From Callorhinchus milii (Eukaryota), in contig NW_024704744.1 of the NCBI RefSeq assembly GCF_018977255.1, positions 73,346,001 through 73,410,000 on the forward strand: 64,000 bases of DNA. The letters are read 5' to 3'. The translations under genes were made by a program, and so were the position numbers. The notes below the pieces were generated by a model. It was not told the DNA's origin. It did no database searches and worked only from the letters and a program-made list of their open reading frames with translations. The stretch's first letter is position 1. Each line of letters opens with the position of its first letter. Positions 47,991 through 59,880 of this stretch are shown in pieces.

Positions 47991-49399
47991 CAGTAGAAAA
48001 GCAAAACCTTAATGGTGTTGGCTCAGGGATCATTGTCAGAGAAGAGAAAGCATTGCTCTGAATCCAGCAATGTTGTGTGTGTTTCAAGCAAATTATTCAT
48101 TTCAAGTGTCAAATCGCATTTATAAGAATGATTATTAATAATAACTGATTGATACAATGGATCAGACCATGGATTTTTCATCTCTGGAACTTTCTTGTTT
48201 AAAGTCTCCTTTAGGTGTTTGCCAGTTAAATTTGTATTCACCCAAGTTACTTGGAAATGTTTCCAAACCACAGAAAGTGTTAGAAAAGTAGCCTATGATA
48301 TTGAGCTGTGGCATGAATAAGAAAAAAATACTACATGTAGAAATAGATATGCCATCATTCCGTTTTAGGAATACCAGTGGTGCCTTGGAAAGTGATATTT
48401 AAAAACAGTTTTCATTGCAGGTATACAGTACCTAATCTTTATTTGAAATAGTTAAGGAAGGCATAAGGAAGACGTCTCAACGCACTTTGTAGATATACCG
48501 TAAGTGGAGTGACTGTATTTTGTGAGTTAATCTGTTTTATATCTTAATGAGGGAGATTCCTTATTAAATCATGCTAATCGCAAGAACATGTTCTCTTTCT
48601 GGAGCGGAATTCCCACAGGTTAACGTGAATTGAAGGAGGATTCCTTCATGAGTCAATTTAAGAAATACAGCAAATTAGGCCCCAATATAGCATAATAATA
48701 ATCCTTACATTCCTTTCACTGTTGAGAGGGTGTCCCAAAACACTTCACAGGATATATGTTAAAGTGCAGTGACTGTTTTTGTGGATGCACATGCATCATA
48801 TCAAAAGCCAAAAGCTAAACTCAATATGTATTCAAAATTTCACCCATCACTTTCATAATTTTTAAAATCCTCCACCAGTTGCCTGAACCTGAAGCTTTTT
48901 AAAATGATATGCAATGGTAGTAATCTCTGAACATCATTTGTATGCAGGTGATTGTAAACTTTACAAGAAGCTGCTCTGTGCTTTTAATGAGAAGATCAAA
49001 TGAAAGAGTGGAAAAACTACTGACAGTGTGACAAATGGGTCAAAAATATGTAAACAGTCTTTACAGTGACAGCAGCTGCCATCTAAACTGAGTACCAAAG
49101 GCTTTAAATGAAAACATGTTAACAATGAGAGATGACATGAGACATGTTAAATTATTCAAAGGTATATTCTCAGGGGGAATTAGGAATTTTAACACTGATA
49201 GATTGTCCACTCCTCCTCCTCAATCCACAACTGTTCATTGTTAGTATTAATATTATTATTATTGTCTCAGGAAGTTTAAATGCAGGATTTGAAATAATTT
49301 CAAATATGGGCACTATTTCACTTATAAGGCTAGTGTTCTCACTGGATACTTTGAATACCTTCTAATAGTTCTGTAGCTGATTAGTTACGACACTGATTA

Positions 49400-49665
49400 C
49401 CAAGTTCAGGTGGATGTTAAAGATCTTACAGCACGGTTCCAAAAGAAAAGGGAGTTTCTCTTGGTGTCCTGGATAACAATTCCCTAAATAGATAAAATTG
49501 GTCACTTACTTCATGGCTGTTTGTGGGACATTGCTGTGCACAACTGGGCTGCCGCATTTGCCTACAAATGTTCAATCACTCCACTTCACAATAAATTCTG
49601 TGCTTTGGGATGTCCTCCCCACATGCAAGGAGTTATACCAATGCAAGATTATTAAAGATTATTAT
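49400..49665 (+). mobile_element. Deu-domain SINE 3' half
   Basis: TTCAGGTGGATGTTAAAGATC..GGGAGTTTCTCTTGGTGTCCTGG..GGCTGTTTGTGGGACATTGCTGTGC. Confidence 0.85.
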
Positions 49666-49929
49666 TTTTAACTATGAAAGTTCACACATTAAACATATTC
49701 AGCATTGATAACATGCATGACTAAGAATTGTCAACACAATTAATGAAAATACATGTGAATGGCTCAATGAGTAAATGCATAAATGATTGGCATCATGTAG
49801 GATTTAGCTATTCATATCCAAGATGGATGTCTGCTTATATGGGCAGTATCAGGCTCAACTGCCCAATCTCAACGATCAAATAGCTCACCAACATGCACTG
49901 CATGAGTAATTGCTGTGAGGGGCGATTAC

Positions 49930-50260
49930 ATTTTTGTAGGCAAAACTAGAAGCTGTTTGCAACAAAAAGATCCCACAAAATTCTATGAGGCGAATGATTA
50001 ATTACTCTGGAGGATTGTCTGCCAGGAATACACTTCTCTTTTCAAAAGTCCCAGCACTTTTTGAAAAGTGTGACAGAACCTTTAATGCCCACCTGAAAAC
50101 AGAAAAGGAAACCTTCGATTTAACATTTCATCAGAAAGACAGCACCTATGGCGATGTAGAGCTCCACCAGTAGCACTAAATTATCACCCTGGCTCAAGTG
50201 CCAATATAGAACTCCAACCCACAACCTCCTAACGCGAGACCTGAGCTGCATGATCCAAGC
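49930..50260 (-). mobile_element. Deu-domain SINE, old
   Basis: GATCCCACAAA..CTTTAATGCCCACCTGAA..TTTAACATTTCATCAGAAAGACAGCACCT..AACCCACAACCTCCT. Confidence 0.7.
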
Positions 50261-50841
50261 TAAATTCAATAGTCACTACACTGTTGTACATTAGATTATT
50301 TTGGTTTAGCAAAGTAGTTCATTTTTGATGTGCTTTTGTATGATTCCACATGAAGAGGTGTTGAAATGTGTAAACATTGAACCAGCCCAGGCCTATCCCT
50401 AGAGAGGCATGTGCTTATCCAATACGTTCCAGAACATTTGATTTACTGTTCAATTGTGCAGTACTTTATTGGTGTTAAATGTCAATCCCTATGCTTTTGG
50501 CAAATATTTATTTCTGACAAAGTGATTATGTCTTCACAATTTATACGTATGTTACGTCATTTCTTGAACAGATTCTGCACATAGAATATTTGAAGCATGG
50601 GATTGGTTTCTGCCTGTGTCAAACTCCTGGCTGACCAAATAAGTCTAGAATTGGGATCAGTCTTGTTTTAAATTGGGTCTTGAATTGCTATTCCAATAAA
50701 TTTATTTTTTTCCTTTAACCTTTCTTTCAAATACCAATGCCCCTGTAATTTCTACTTACTCTGCCAATTCAAAGCTTAGTTCTAACAATTACTAGAAAAA
50801 TCTGCATAGGTCAATGTTGATTACAGTTCTTTTATATCAAA

Positions 50842-51299
50842 CTAGTTGTACCCGTAGCAGCTACACTTGCAACCAAAGGATCCAATATGGAATGTAAATT
50901 GACACACAGTGACACTTACTTATCCTGGAAGGGTTTGATTTTCGCTAAGGCATCTTTACAATGATAAATGTAAGTGTATGATTTATGATCAGTGGGACGT
51001 CCTCCCGATGTGAAAGGCGCTTTCATAATGTAATTTGATTGTTGTTGATGCAGCTTCATCTGTGTTCTTCATTTTGTTCACGCCGCCACTTGGTCATAGT
51101 GCCACGGTCAGCTGACGTGGCCACCAGATGTAACTGCAGCGAAAAACGCGAAACTGAAATACATTTAAAGTCATAACTCATGAAGGGTAGAAGACACCCA
51201 AAAACAAGTATACCCATGTCACTGCCAGATGCAAGACCTTTCCGATGAGGTATAAATTATGTAGCTACGTCAGTCGGTTATTGAGATCCTTCTTGAAAC

Positions 51300-51333
<34 letters not shown>

Positions 51334-51359
51334 TGACATTGTTGTTTTATTAGTATAGA
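50842..51359 (-). mobile_element. Non-autonomous Helitron with (CTGT)n microsatellite near the 5' end (Lep1-like architecture)
   Basis: Minus strand reads A|TCTATACTAATAAAAC..(CTGT)8..GTAGCTGCTACGGGTACAACTAG|T: 5'-TC, 3'-CTAG, A|T target, subterminal palindrome GTAGC-A-GCTAC (50854-50864), no TSD. Confidence 0.75.
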
Positions 51360-51529
51360 TAGAAGATAAATAGAAGATAGATGAAATAAGATGCATGGTA
51401 AAATTACGTACAACTGGAATATTAGAACCAGTTACTGCTACATTTAATATCTACCACAATCATTGTATGCCAGAAGCAGGCTCAATGGTAACTCGTGACT
51501 CTCTCCCAGCGGAGGGGGTTTGGGGGAAG

Positions 51530-51635
51530 TAAGTGGGAGCTACTTGGAGCTGAACTGACTCCAAGGTGACTTATTTTCAAGCAGAATGTCAGAATCAAGT
51601 CAACCCTTTGTGGTGGTCCTGATTTCTGAGCGACA
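51530..51635 (+). mobile_element. 5' fragment of the unclassified ~600-bp repeat
   Basis: TTGGAGCTGAACTGACTCCAAGGTGAC..GAATGTCAGAATCAAGTCAACCCTTTGTGGTGGTC matches 10443-10515 and 45882-45945. Confidence 0.65.
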
Positions 51636-52124
51636 GTTCAACTAACAGCCCTCGGTCTTTTTCAGCTTCTCCCTTGGCAAGTTAATAATATATAATACTA
51701 ATCCTTGCATTTGATATAGCGCTTTTCACGTCTTCTCGACATCTCAAAGTGCTTCACAGAATAGACTGTAAAGTGAATTGACTGTATATTTGTTCTACTC
51801 CACCCATGGAGTATGTATGCCTCCTATTCATAGGAGTCAAGGGATTTAGTTATCATATTGGTAGCTTATACTGTCCTTCCCCATAGATCAAGAAAAATCC
51901 AACAACCAGAATTGCTAGCTACAATTTGCGGCATCCAACAGTTGCACGCAGACTTGTATGTACACAACTGATGATGCTTATGTCGGAATCCTCCCTGCAA
52001 TGTCAACATTGAAAATTCCACAGTGCCAGAATCCTTGGGTAGTGAAGCTGCTCTGCAACATAGACATACAATTAAATGCCAGAATCAACAACAAACCTTT
52101 CCTCTCCAACGGTTTATTACTTAA

Positions 52125-52223
52125 CTAGCTGCACTGGTTGCAGCTTCACTTGCAACCAAATGATCAATATGGAATGTAGATTAACACACAGACAGAGCCC
52201 CAGACAGACATTTTGTCTTTATA
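52125..52223 (-). mobile_element. Internally deleted second copy of the Helitron
   Basis: CTAGCTGCACTGGTTGCAGCTTCACTTGCAACCAAATGATCAATATGGAATGTAGATTAACACACAG matches 50842-50910, then joins CAGACAGACATTTTGTCTTTATA resembling 51325-51352. Confidence 0.65.
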
Positions 52224-52279
52224 CTCAGCTGGGGGGACTCCTGTGGGAGGACTCAGTGGGAGGATTCCTTTAATATATT

Positions 52280-52590
52280 TTCTTTCACAGTCTCTCTGTG
52301 TCTCTCAGTCTATCTGTCTCTCTCAGTCTCTCTCTCTCAGTCTCTCTCTCACCCATCTCTCTTTCTCTCTCAGTCTCTTTCTCTCAGTCTCTATCCCAGT
52401 CTCCCTCTTTCTCTCTGTCTCTCCCAATCTCTCCCAGTCTCTCTCTCTCTCTGTGTCTCTCTCAGTCTTTTCCTGTTTCTCCCACAAAACACACAGTCAC
52501 TACACTTTATAATATATTCTTCTTCACAGTCTCTCTCTCTGTCTCTCTCTGTCTCTCTTACTTTATCACTCTCTTTCTCTGTCTGTCCCA
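52280..52590. repeat. Pyrimidine-rich (CT/CAGTCTCT) low-complexity tract
   Basis: Degenerate CTCTCAGTCTCT runs. Confidence 0.9.
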
Positions 52591-52974
52591 AATGGGAGGA
52601 CTCTAACTCCCATGAGAACCAGAAAAAAGTGCCATACATTTGTTGCAGAATATAGATGTATCTCTCTGAACCCTGTGTGCTTTCCTCTTTTGCTACCTAG
52701 TTGCAGAATATGATACATACTTCATATTTTGGGGCTTAATTAAAGCACGTTTTAATATAGCTCATCAACGACAGGAGATCCACCCAAAAAATATGGCCAC
52801 GACACTGCTGGCTGCAAGACCTTCTTGCATGTCCCCTCCGCTCCATTACTGGAGGCTGTGCTGTCAGTCACAGTGCCCTGAATCTCTAGAACACCTTGCC
52901 TCATTCCCTGTGTCTTGCCCCCTCTTTGCCCATATTCAAATCACACCTGAAGACTTTCCTCTTCGACCATGTCC

Positions 52975-54025
52975 AGGGCTCAGAGCTCTGTCCTTAATCT
53001 CCTCCTCTTCAACATTGATATGCTCCCTTTTGGTGACATCATCCACAGACATGGGGTCAACTTCCACATGTATGCGGATGACACCCAACTCTACCTCTCT
53101 GCCTCCACCCTGGACTCCAGGACCACTGCTGTCCTGACAGAATGTCTGTCAGACATCAAGTACTGGATGAGAGCCAACTTTCTTCAGTTGAACGTCAACA
53201 AGACTGAGGCTCTCCTGATTGGCTCCCGTTAATGCCTCCACACCTCAGGCGCTGACAGCATCACCATCCATGGATGCACACTCCACCTTACTAAGCCAGT
53301 CCAGAACCTTGGCGTGTTGTTTGACCCTCAACTATCCTTTCTACCCCATATTCATGCCATGATCCGCTCTGCCTTCCCCCATCTCCACAACTTCACCTGG
53401 CTCAACCACTGTCTCACACCAGAGGCCGCTGAAACCCTCATACATGCATTCATAACATCAAGGCTTGACTATGCAAACTCATTGTTGTCGGCCTCCCCAA
53501 CTCCTCCCTCCATAGATCATCCAGAACTCTGCAGTCCGGGTCCTCTTCCGCACTAGGCTCAATGACCCTATCACCCCAATCCTCACCCGACTCCACTGGC
53601 TTCCCATCACACAGAGGATACAGTTCAAGATCCTGGTCCTCACCTTCAAAGCCCTCCAAGTTCTTGCTTCCCCCTACCTCTGTGATCTCCTAACCCCTTA
53701 CCATCCTGCCTACTCAATGGGCTCTGGCCTGCTTCACTCCCCCTGCCTCACCCGCCCCACCATTGGCTGGCGGGCCTTCTGCCACTCTGCCCTTACCCTC
53801 TGGAACTCTATCCCCCAGTCCCTCCGCCTCGTGCCTCTCTTGCCTCCTTCATGACCCATCTCAAGACCCTCCTCTTCAACTGTGCTTTCGACCCTGCTTC
53901 CCTTCAGGCCCCCCACCCTCCCCAATCTAGACCTCCAGCTCGTGTCTGAAACACTGACTATCCAACATCTTGGGAAGTCCTCCCAACATGAAAGGTGCTT
54001 CACAAATATAATTTTGTTGTTGTTG
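52975..54025 (+). mobile_element. LINE-2 fragment containing RT C-terminal half (disrupted), preceded by an older L2 piece at ~52810-52970
   Basis: QSSVLNLLLFNIDMLPFGDII..HMYADDTQLYLS..IKYWMRANFLQLNVNKTEALLIG; stop at 53230; FITSRLDYANSLL; (TTG)n tail. Confidence 0.95.
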
Positions 54026-55804
54026 AATTTTCGGTCACCTCCCCTTTCCAGCTCAGTGTCAAACCACGACGCTGTTAAGTGCTCCAAGACCCTACCTGCA
54101 CGAAAGATGTTATATAAATGCAAGTTATTGTTGTATAGAAACAGCAAAGAACTCTAATAAATAATACATTGATGATTGAATAATACATGTCTTGTGTATG
54201 TTATTGTGTTTCAAAGGATTTTGAACAGCAAGTAAATCAATTAAAATTTTTGTGATCTATATACAAATTTATATCGGTGACCTTGTTTTTTTTGTAAACT
54301 CTGTTTCCAAAGGCCTTATCAGATCTTTAATAGCAAGTGCAGCCTGGAGGGCACTTAGTTTTGTCCTGTCAGTCTGGTTATCACCTTGATAACATGATTT
54401 TTAAACTCAGAAATTTTTTTTACTGGTTCTTCCAGTTGCTTGCAACGATTAAATGATGCTTGCTAATGCTTTGACCAAGCTGTGAACCGCTTTAAATTAA
54501 TTCGAGTACATCTTGGTAACCTTGTTAGTGGTGTCTGATTTTATATAATTGCTGTGATCAAGTGATTGACGTAGGTAAGTGAAGGTATACAGCACTGAGA
54601 ATACACAAGTACATTAAAATGGAAATGTTGCTCAAAATGTTCAGCAATCGTTTTTTTACTTTGAACAATGTGCAAACTGCAAATATAAAAATATACACAA
54701 GTGTTCTTCCCAATTTAATAAATGCTGAACCTACTTGACATGTATTGCAACAAGTGTCTACAGTCAGTGAAATTGAGTATGTTTCATTGTGATTGTGCTA
54801 TGCACTCCAAGGTCAGGTATTGCATGGATCAGTAGCAAAGGTAAGGTACTCATTACAGCATCCTGACAATGCAGTCTGGAGTGGCCTCACTGTTGAGTTC
54901 CAAAAGTTCAGTTCCAGTTCTCACATGTTCAGTCAGGTTTTGCAGAGCCTTGGCTGCTAAAATAAAGGTAGCTTTCTGTTTTGAATTCCTCCGGGATGAG
55001 ACTAAAACTACCAGAGAGTCCACTGTGACAACCGAAGACAAACAAAAGGTTTATCTTCGCAAGAAAATAAACGTTAAGTACATTGGCTAATATATGTTGA
55101 AACTTTTTTTGTAATTCATTAAACCAAATAAACTAATATCACACAAAGCTCATGAACAGTGGAGTTATACTCAAAGACTCAAAATTACACTTAGTCTTGA
55201 CTTGTACGGCCATTTTATCTTAAAATTTAAGTTTGCATAGAAATATGGAAAATTCTTCAATTCAGTCTGAATCAAAAGGCAGTTTCCTGCTATTCGTAAA
55301 GAACCATTTTCCAAATTTATGTCCACTTTCTTTGAGATTTTATAACACACAAATACAAGGAAGCAAATACCCACCACATCAAGGATATAAACCAGTGTCA
55401 GTGAACAACATTTTACAGGAAAGAATACTGTTCAGATCATATTGTTGCTACATGTTATCTCAGTGAATTTTAAGATCATAACCCAATCAGAGTTTAAAAT
55501 TGCAAGCATAAAGCTTCACGCTTGGAGGTATGGCTTGTGGCTGGATTGCTGCAGTGTTGAATAGAGATGCCGAGAAAGGTCAGCAAGCAGATTGTGAAGA
55601 TAGATGAGCTTGAAAACAAAACATCTACAAGGAAATATTTGGCAGTAATAAAGATTCAATCTTTTCTTTGGTACAAAATATCAGCACTTGTAATGCTTGT
55701 TAAAGGGAGGGATTCTCAGCAGAGAATTTATGCTTCTAACTTGTGTCCACAAGCTGTGCACTGAGAGTAATGTAAAGGAACAGCTTGGTCTCAACTAGGA
55801 AAGG

Positions 55805-56012
55805 CAGCACCCAGTGTGGAACTGAGCCTAGGAAAGTTAGCTTTGATCCCCAGTTTCTCAGCTGGATGCCAGTATCGGCATGTAATTGGCCCTAGCGCCT
55901 AGGTGTTATAAAAGAAAAAATCATCCAGTGTTCCTGCTCCTCATCACTGTCCAGTGAACCTTGATGGAACAGGAAGTGTAGGATCAAGGTGTGATGTCCT
56001 GTATGGTTCAAG
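55805..56012 (+). mobile_element. AmnSINE2-like ancient SINE relic
   Basis: CCCAGTGTGGAACTGAGCC..AATTGGCCCTAGC..AAAAATCATCCAGTGTTCCTGCTCCTCATCACTGTCCAGTGA matches a recalled AmnSINE2-type core. Confidence 0.6.
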
Positions 56013-56527
56013 AAAATTAATCAGCAATAATATGAAGATGCTTAAACCAATGTAAATATTATGAAAACTGGCAGCATTACCTTTGAATTCAATGGATAAT
56101 AATGATAGCAATAATAATAATCCTTCTATTTGGTATAATGTGTTTCAAAGGACACAAGGAGAGGCCTGACAAGTTCTTCACAAAAGATATCTTTCTATGA
56201 TTCAAACCTCCACATATATGAAATGATTATTGGTCATGCATAGTAGCAGTAGTATGTTTAAGAGTGAATGTTTAAGGGATGCATGGTATCTTGCACAGTT
56301 GTTTTTTTAGATGGTAGAACAAGATGCTACTGGATACAATTAACAAATGTTGAAAGATTTAGCAACTTTCCAGAGATGTCCACAAGTGAACAACCAACCA
56401 AGCCATCACCGACATGATTCCCTTTCAGTGGCTCATCCCAGCACAAACAAATGCTCTGACACTATGACAGCCTTCTGGGCCTTCGCCAAAGAATTAAGCG
56501 TACCATAGCCAAGACAAACAAATGAAC

Positions 56528-56844
56528 GCCCTGTGGCTCAGTGGTTAGAGCACTCGCTTTGCAAGTGAGAGACCTGAGTTCAATCCCAGGCAGAGGGCAA
56601 AACCTTGGGCAAGTTTCCTTACTCCACACGCCTAATAATAATCCCTCCAAAAACAAAAACAATAATTAAATTGGTCATTTTCAATCTACGACTGTTTGTG
56701 GGACATTGCTGTGCGCAACTGGCTGCCGCGTTCGCCCACAAATATACAGTCAATTCACTTTACAGTGTGTTCTGTGAAGCGCTTTGGGACGTCCTCCTGA
56801 CGTGAAAAGCGCTATATCAAATGCAAGGATTATTATTATTATTA
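56528..56844 (+). mobile_element. Young short-subfamily CORE/Deu SINE, full length
   Basis: A box TGGCTCAGTGG, B box GAGTTCAATCCC, L2 tail, (TTA)n; near-identical to 11452-11780. Confidence 0.95.
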
Positions 56845-57719
56845 CTAAATCATGCTTACCTTCCTTGGGCTGGAACTGCTGGAGTTCAAAGCTACTTTAT
56901 CTAGGGTTGACCACTCATACAAGCAGACCACTTGAGTTGTAGCAATCATTTAAAATGATGGACAAGTATATTACATAATGAGGTAGGTCACACCAAATTT
57001 AATTACTACCTGATTCATAAAATGCAAATTCTACACGCACAGTTTATCCTATCATAGTACTCCACCCACGCACAGTAATACTTTAATAGTGTTCCACCCA
57101 ATCTAACTTTTACTCATCCAATGATTGTGATAACAATCAATGCAGCATAGACAGTGACTTCATATTCCCAGAATCTTTTCTCCAAAAGCACAATGGAGAA
57201 TTCTTCTATGGCCAGGAATGTAAATGCCCTGAAAAACTCTTGCTGTCATGTTGGTACAGCTAAAAGCATAGATGTTTGTAGGACATTGCTGAACAAAAGT
57301 TGGTGCCGCATTTGCCTACAAACTTAGTCACTGCAATTTACTGTGAATTCCAGTACGTAGTACCAGTTATAACAAATTCTAGCTACTTGGAATTCAATAA
57401 CAGCAAATCACAAAATTAGTCAAGCAGTTACTCCCCACTGTAAATATAGCCTGATACCAAATGTGCCAAGATTCTGAATGAGATCAACACCTCCTGTGAA
57501 GGGAGTTTCTCCCAAGGTACTTACCAACAATTCCTCAAATAAAATTGGTTATTCATTTCATAGATGTTTGTGGGATATTGCTGTGCAAAAGTTGGCTGCC
57601 GCATTTACCCATAAACTCAGTCACTGCAATTTACTGTGAAGCAATTTGGCATATCCTCCTTCCGTGAAAGACACTATACCATGATAGTATGCAAAAGAAT
57701 TGAGTGTCTTCCTTGGTCT

Positions 57720-58448
57720 TCTTTGACCCTCAACCATCCTTTCTACCCCACATCTGTGCCATGACCAGCTCTGCCTACCCCCACCTCTGCAACATCGCCC
57801 TGCTCTGCCACTGTCTCATTCCGCACACTGCCGAAACCATCATACATGCTTTCATTACATCGAGACTTGACTATGCAAACTCCTTGCTTGTCGGCCTCCC
57901 CAACTCCTCCCTCCACAGGCTGCAGATCATCCAGAACTCTGCAGCCTGTGTTCTTTCCCGTACCAGTCTCCGTGACCCTATCACACCCATCCTCGCCCGA
58001 CTCCACTGGCTTCCCATCACACAGAAGATACAGTTCAAGATCCTGATCCTCACCTTCAAAGCCCTCCATGGTCTTGCTCCTCCCTACGTCTGCGACCTCC
58101 TAACCCCTTACCATCCTGCTCACTCCCTCCCCTCAGTGGGCTCCGGCCTGCTTCACATCCCCTGCCTCGCCCGCTCCACTATTGGCAGGTGGGCCTTCTG
58201 CCACTCTGCCCCCACCCTCTGGAACTCCATCCCGCAGTCCCTCCAACTTGCCCACTCCCTTGCCCCTTCAAGACCCATCTCAAGATCCACCTCTTCCTCC
58301 GTGCTTTCGATCTCCCTGCTTCCCCACCCCCCCTCCACCCTCCCTGATCCCAACCCCCAGCTCGGGTCTGAAACTCTGACTTTCCAGCACCTTGGGATAT
58401 CCTCCTAACATGAAAGGCGCTATACAAATGTAATTTTGCTGTTGTTGT
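57720..58448 (+). mobile_element. LINE-2 ORF2 C-terminal fragment plus tail
   Basis: ORF 57704-58408: ETIIHAFITSRLDYANSLLVGLP..RLQIIQNSAA..LARLHWLPI..FKILILTFKALHGLAPPY..LWNSIP. Confidence 0.95.
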
Positions 58449-59471
58449 CGTCTTCTCATCTCCTGATCAAAAATGCTTCACATTAAAGAGGATTTTGGTC
58501 AGGACATGAGGAGACACTCCCTTTCATCATTCACCTCATGGGTGCTTGTTAGATTTTGTTGCTGTATTTGACTACCAAACTAAAGTCACCACTATTTTGT
58601 TATTGTACATATTATTAAAATACAAATCCTTTCTTTCTCCATCAGTAACTCTCTAGAGGAAATACAGCTAAAAATAACGTCGGATGCACACAACAGTTAG
58701 CGACTCTGTGTTCTGTTATCTTCTTACCAAAGTGATCAGTGTTTAATAATTGGAGCACTTGCACTTAGCATCAGGTGAACTTTAACAATGAAAGTGCTTC
58801 ATCAAAATAAAGCAGAGTGACTGTGTGCCTTGTGGACAAATGTTTATATTTGTAAAGGATTAAAGTAGAAATGTGATTTCACATCTCTTAAGATTTTCAG
58901 AAGCCTTTCCAGTGATCCAAATGTACCATAGCTTAAACACTGAATAGTAACGTTTACATGGATTCCATTATTCCATCCATCCACTTTCAATGCTAACAAT
59001 TCAGGTGGTTTGGATGAGCATTCTTCATAAGCTCTCTCTCACTTGTGAGTCATATCATGTCAGTGTAGGGGAAGGAGCAATGTATTAGTGGAATGCTAAA
59101 CTCCACAGAAGATGGATATCTTCACAATGAAACTTTAATCCCTGGCCTAGGCAGATTGACAAACTCATTATAAGTTGATAAATGAGAGAACCCTAGAATT
59201 TACTAAAATCCAGGGCTGATAGTGAAAAGGTCCTGCACTTCCAGAATGTTTTCCTTGCCTTTAAAAAAATGCCATTAGCACCTGCAGAATACCTCAAGTG
59301 AGTCTTTGGTCAAGCATGTTAAATTAAAGCAAAACCTTTTTAACCCAAGAGTCTGATGAATGAGCTTTAAACAAATAGTCAGTACCCATTCCTTTGTATT
59401 TTATGGCTGAAATGAAGATCATACAGAAAATGTTTGTCATCTGGTCTATGTTACCTTTAATAGTGGTGTTT

Positions 59472-59880
59472 CACGATACATCTGCTCATATTTCTAAAAC
59501 GTCTATTGCTGGCGTGGTCTAGTGCTGGCATGATCTAGTGTCACAATTGGTTCATGTACCAACACACTGTACTATTCAATCGTAGGATTAGAATTGCACT
59601 AGATTATTGAAGCAATGGTGCAAGTCGTAGATTTGGACCCTGTATGGTGAACGCCACTGAGTCTTTGTCATTGTGTTCAGAACAGAGAAAATTGCATTCA
59701 AACTGCATATCAAAATAGGAATTTGATGCCCAAGATGTTTCCTCATGGGAATGGAAAGAATATCAATCCTTTCCACTCTGGCATATGTTGTTGTATAAAT
59801 CCTTGAGTCAAAGGAATACTGGATCACTTATGAATCCAACAGACTGTTACAAGCCAGAGACGTTCCAGGATCTTTGCTGA
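59472..59880 (-). mobile_element. Possible highly decayed RTE-clade reverse-transcriptase relic
   Basis: Colinear but frameshifted minus-strand motifs: LW..VG, LKDLYNN..ARV, DSVAFTI.G, LAPLL, LE(Y)AD(D)IV. Confidence 0.3.

Noticed and set aside
54858-54957. Minus-strand coding exon (TTTTAG|..AKALQNLTEHVRTGTELLELNSEATPDCIVRM..|GTAATG)
   Set aside because: Open frame and plausible splice sites, but the peptide is unrecognised and no partner exons were found; cannot be supported without transcript data.
56528-56600. tRNA gene (A/B boxes)
   Set aside because: It continues into a SINE body and L2 tail and recurs in many copies; it is a SINE head.
57704-58408. 234-aa ORF, the longest in the window, as a host gene
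   Set aside because: It is the LINE-2 ORF2 C-terminus of a 5'-truncated copy with a frameshifted end; the same applies to ORFs at 3460-4153, 9219-9833, 44280-44770 and 52793-54157.
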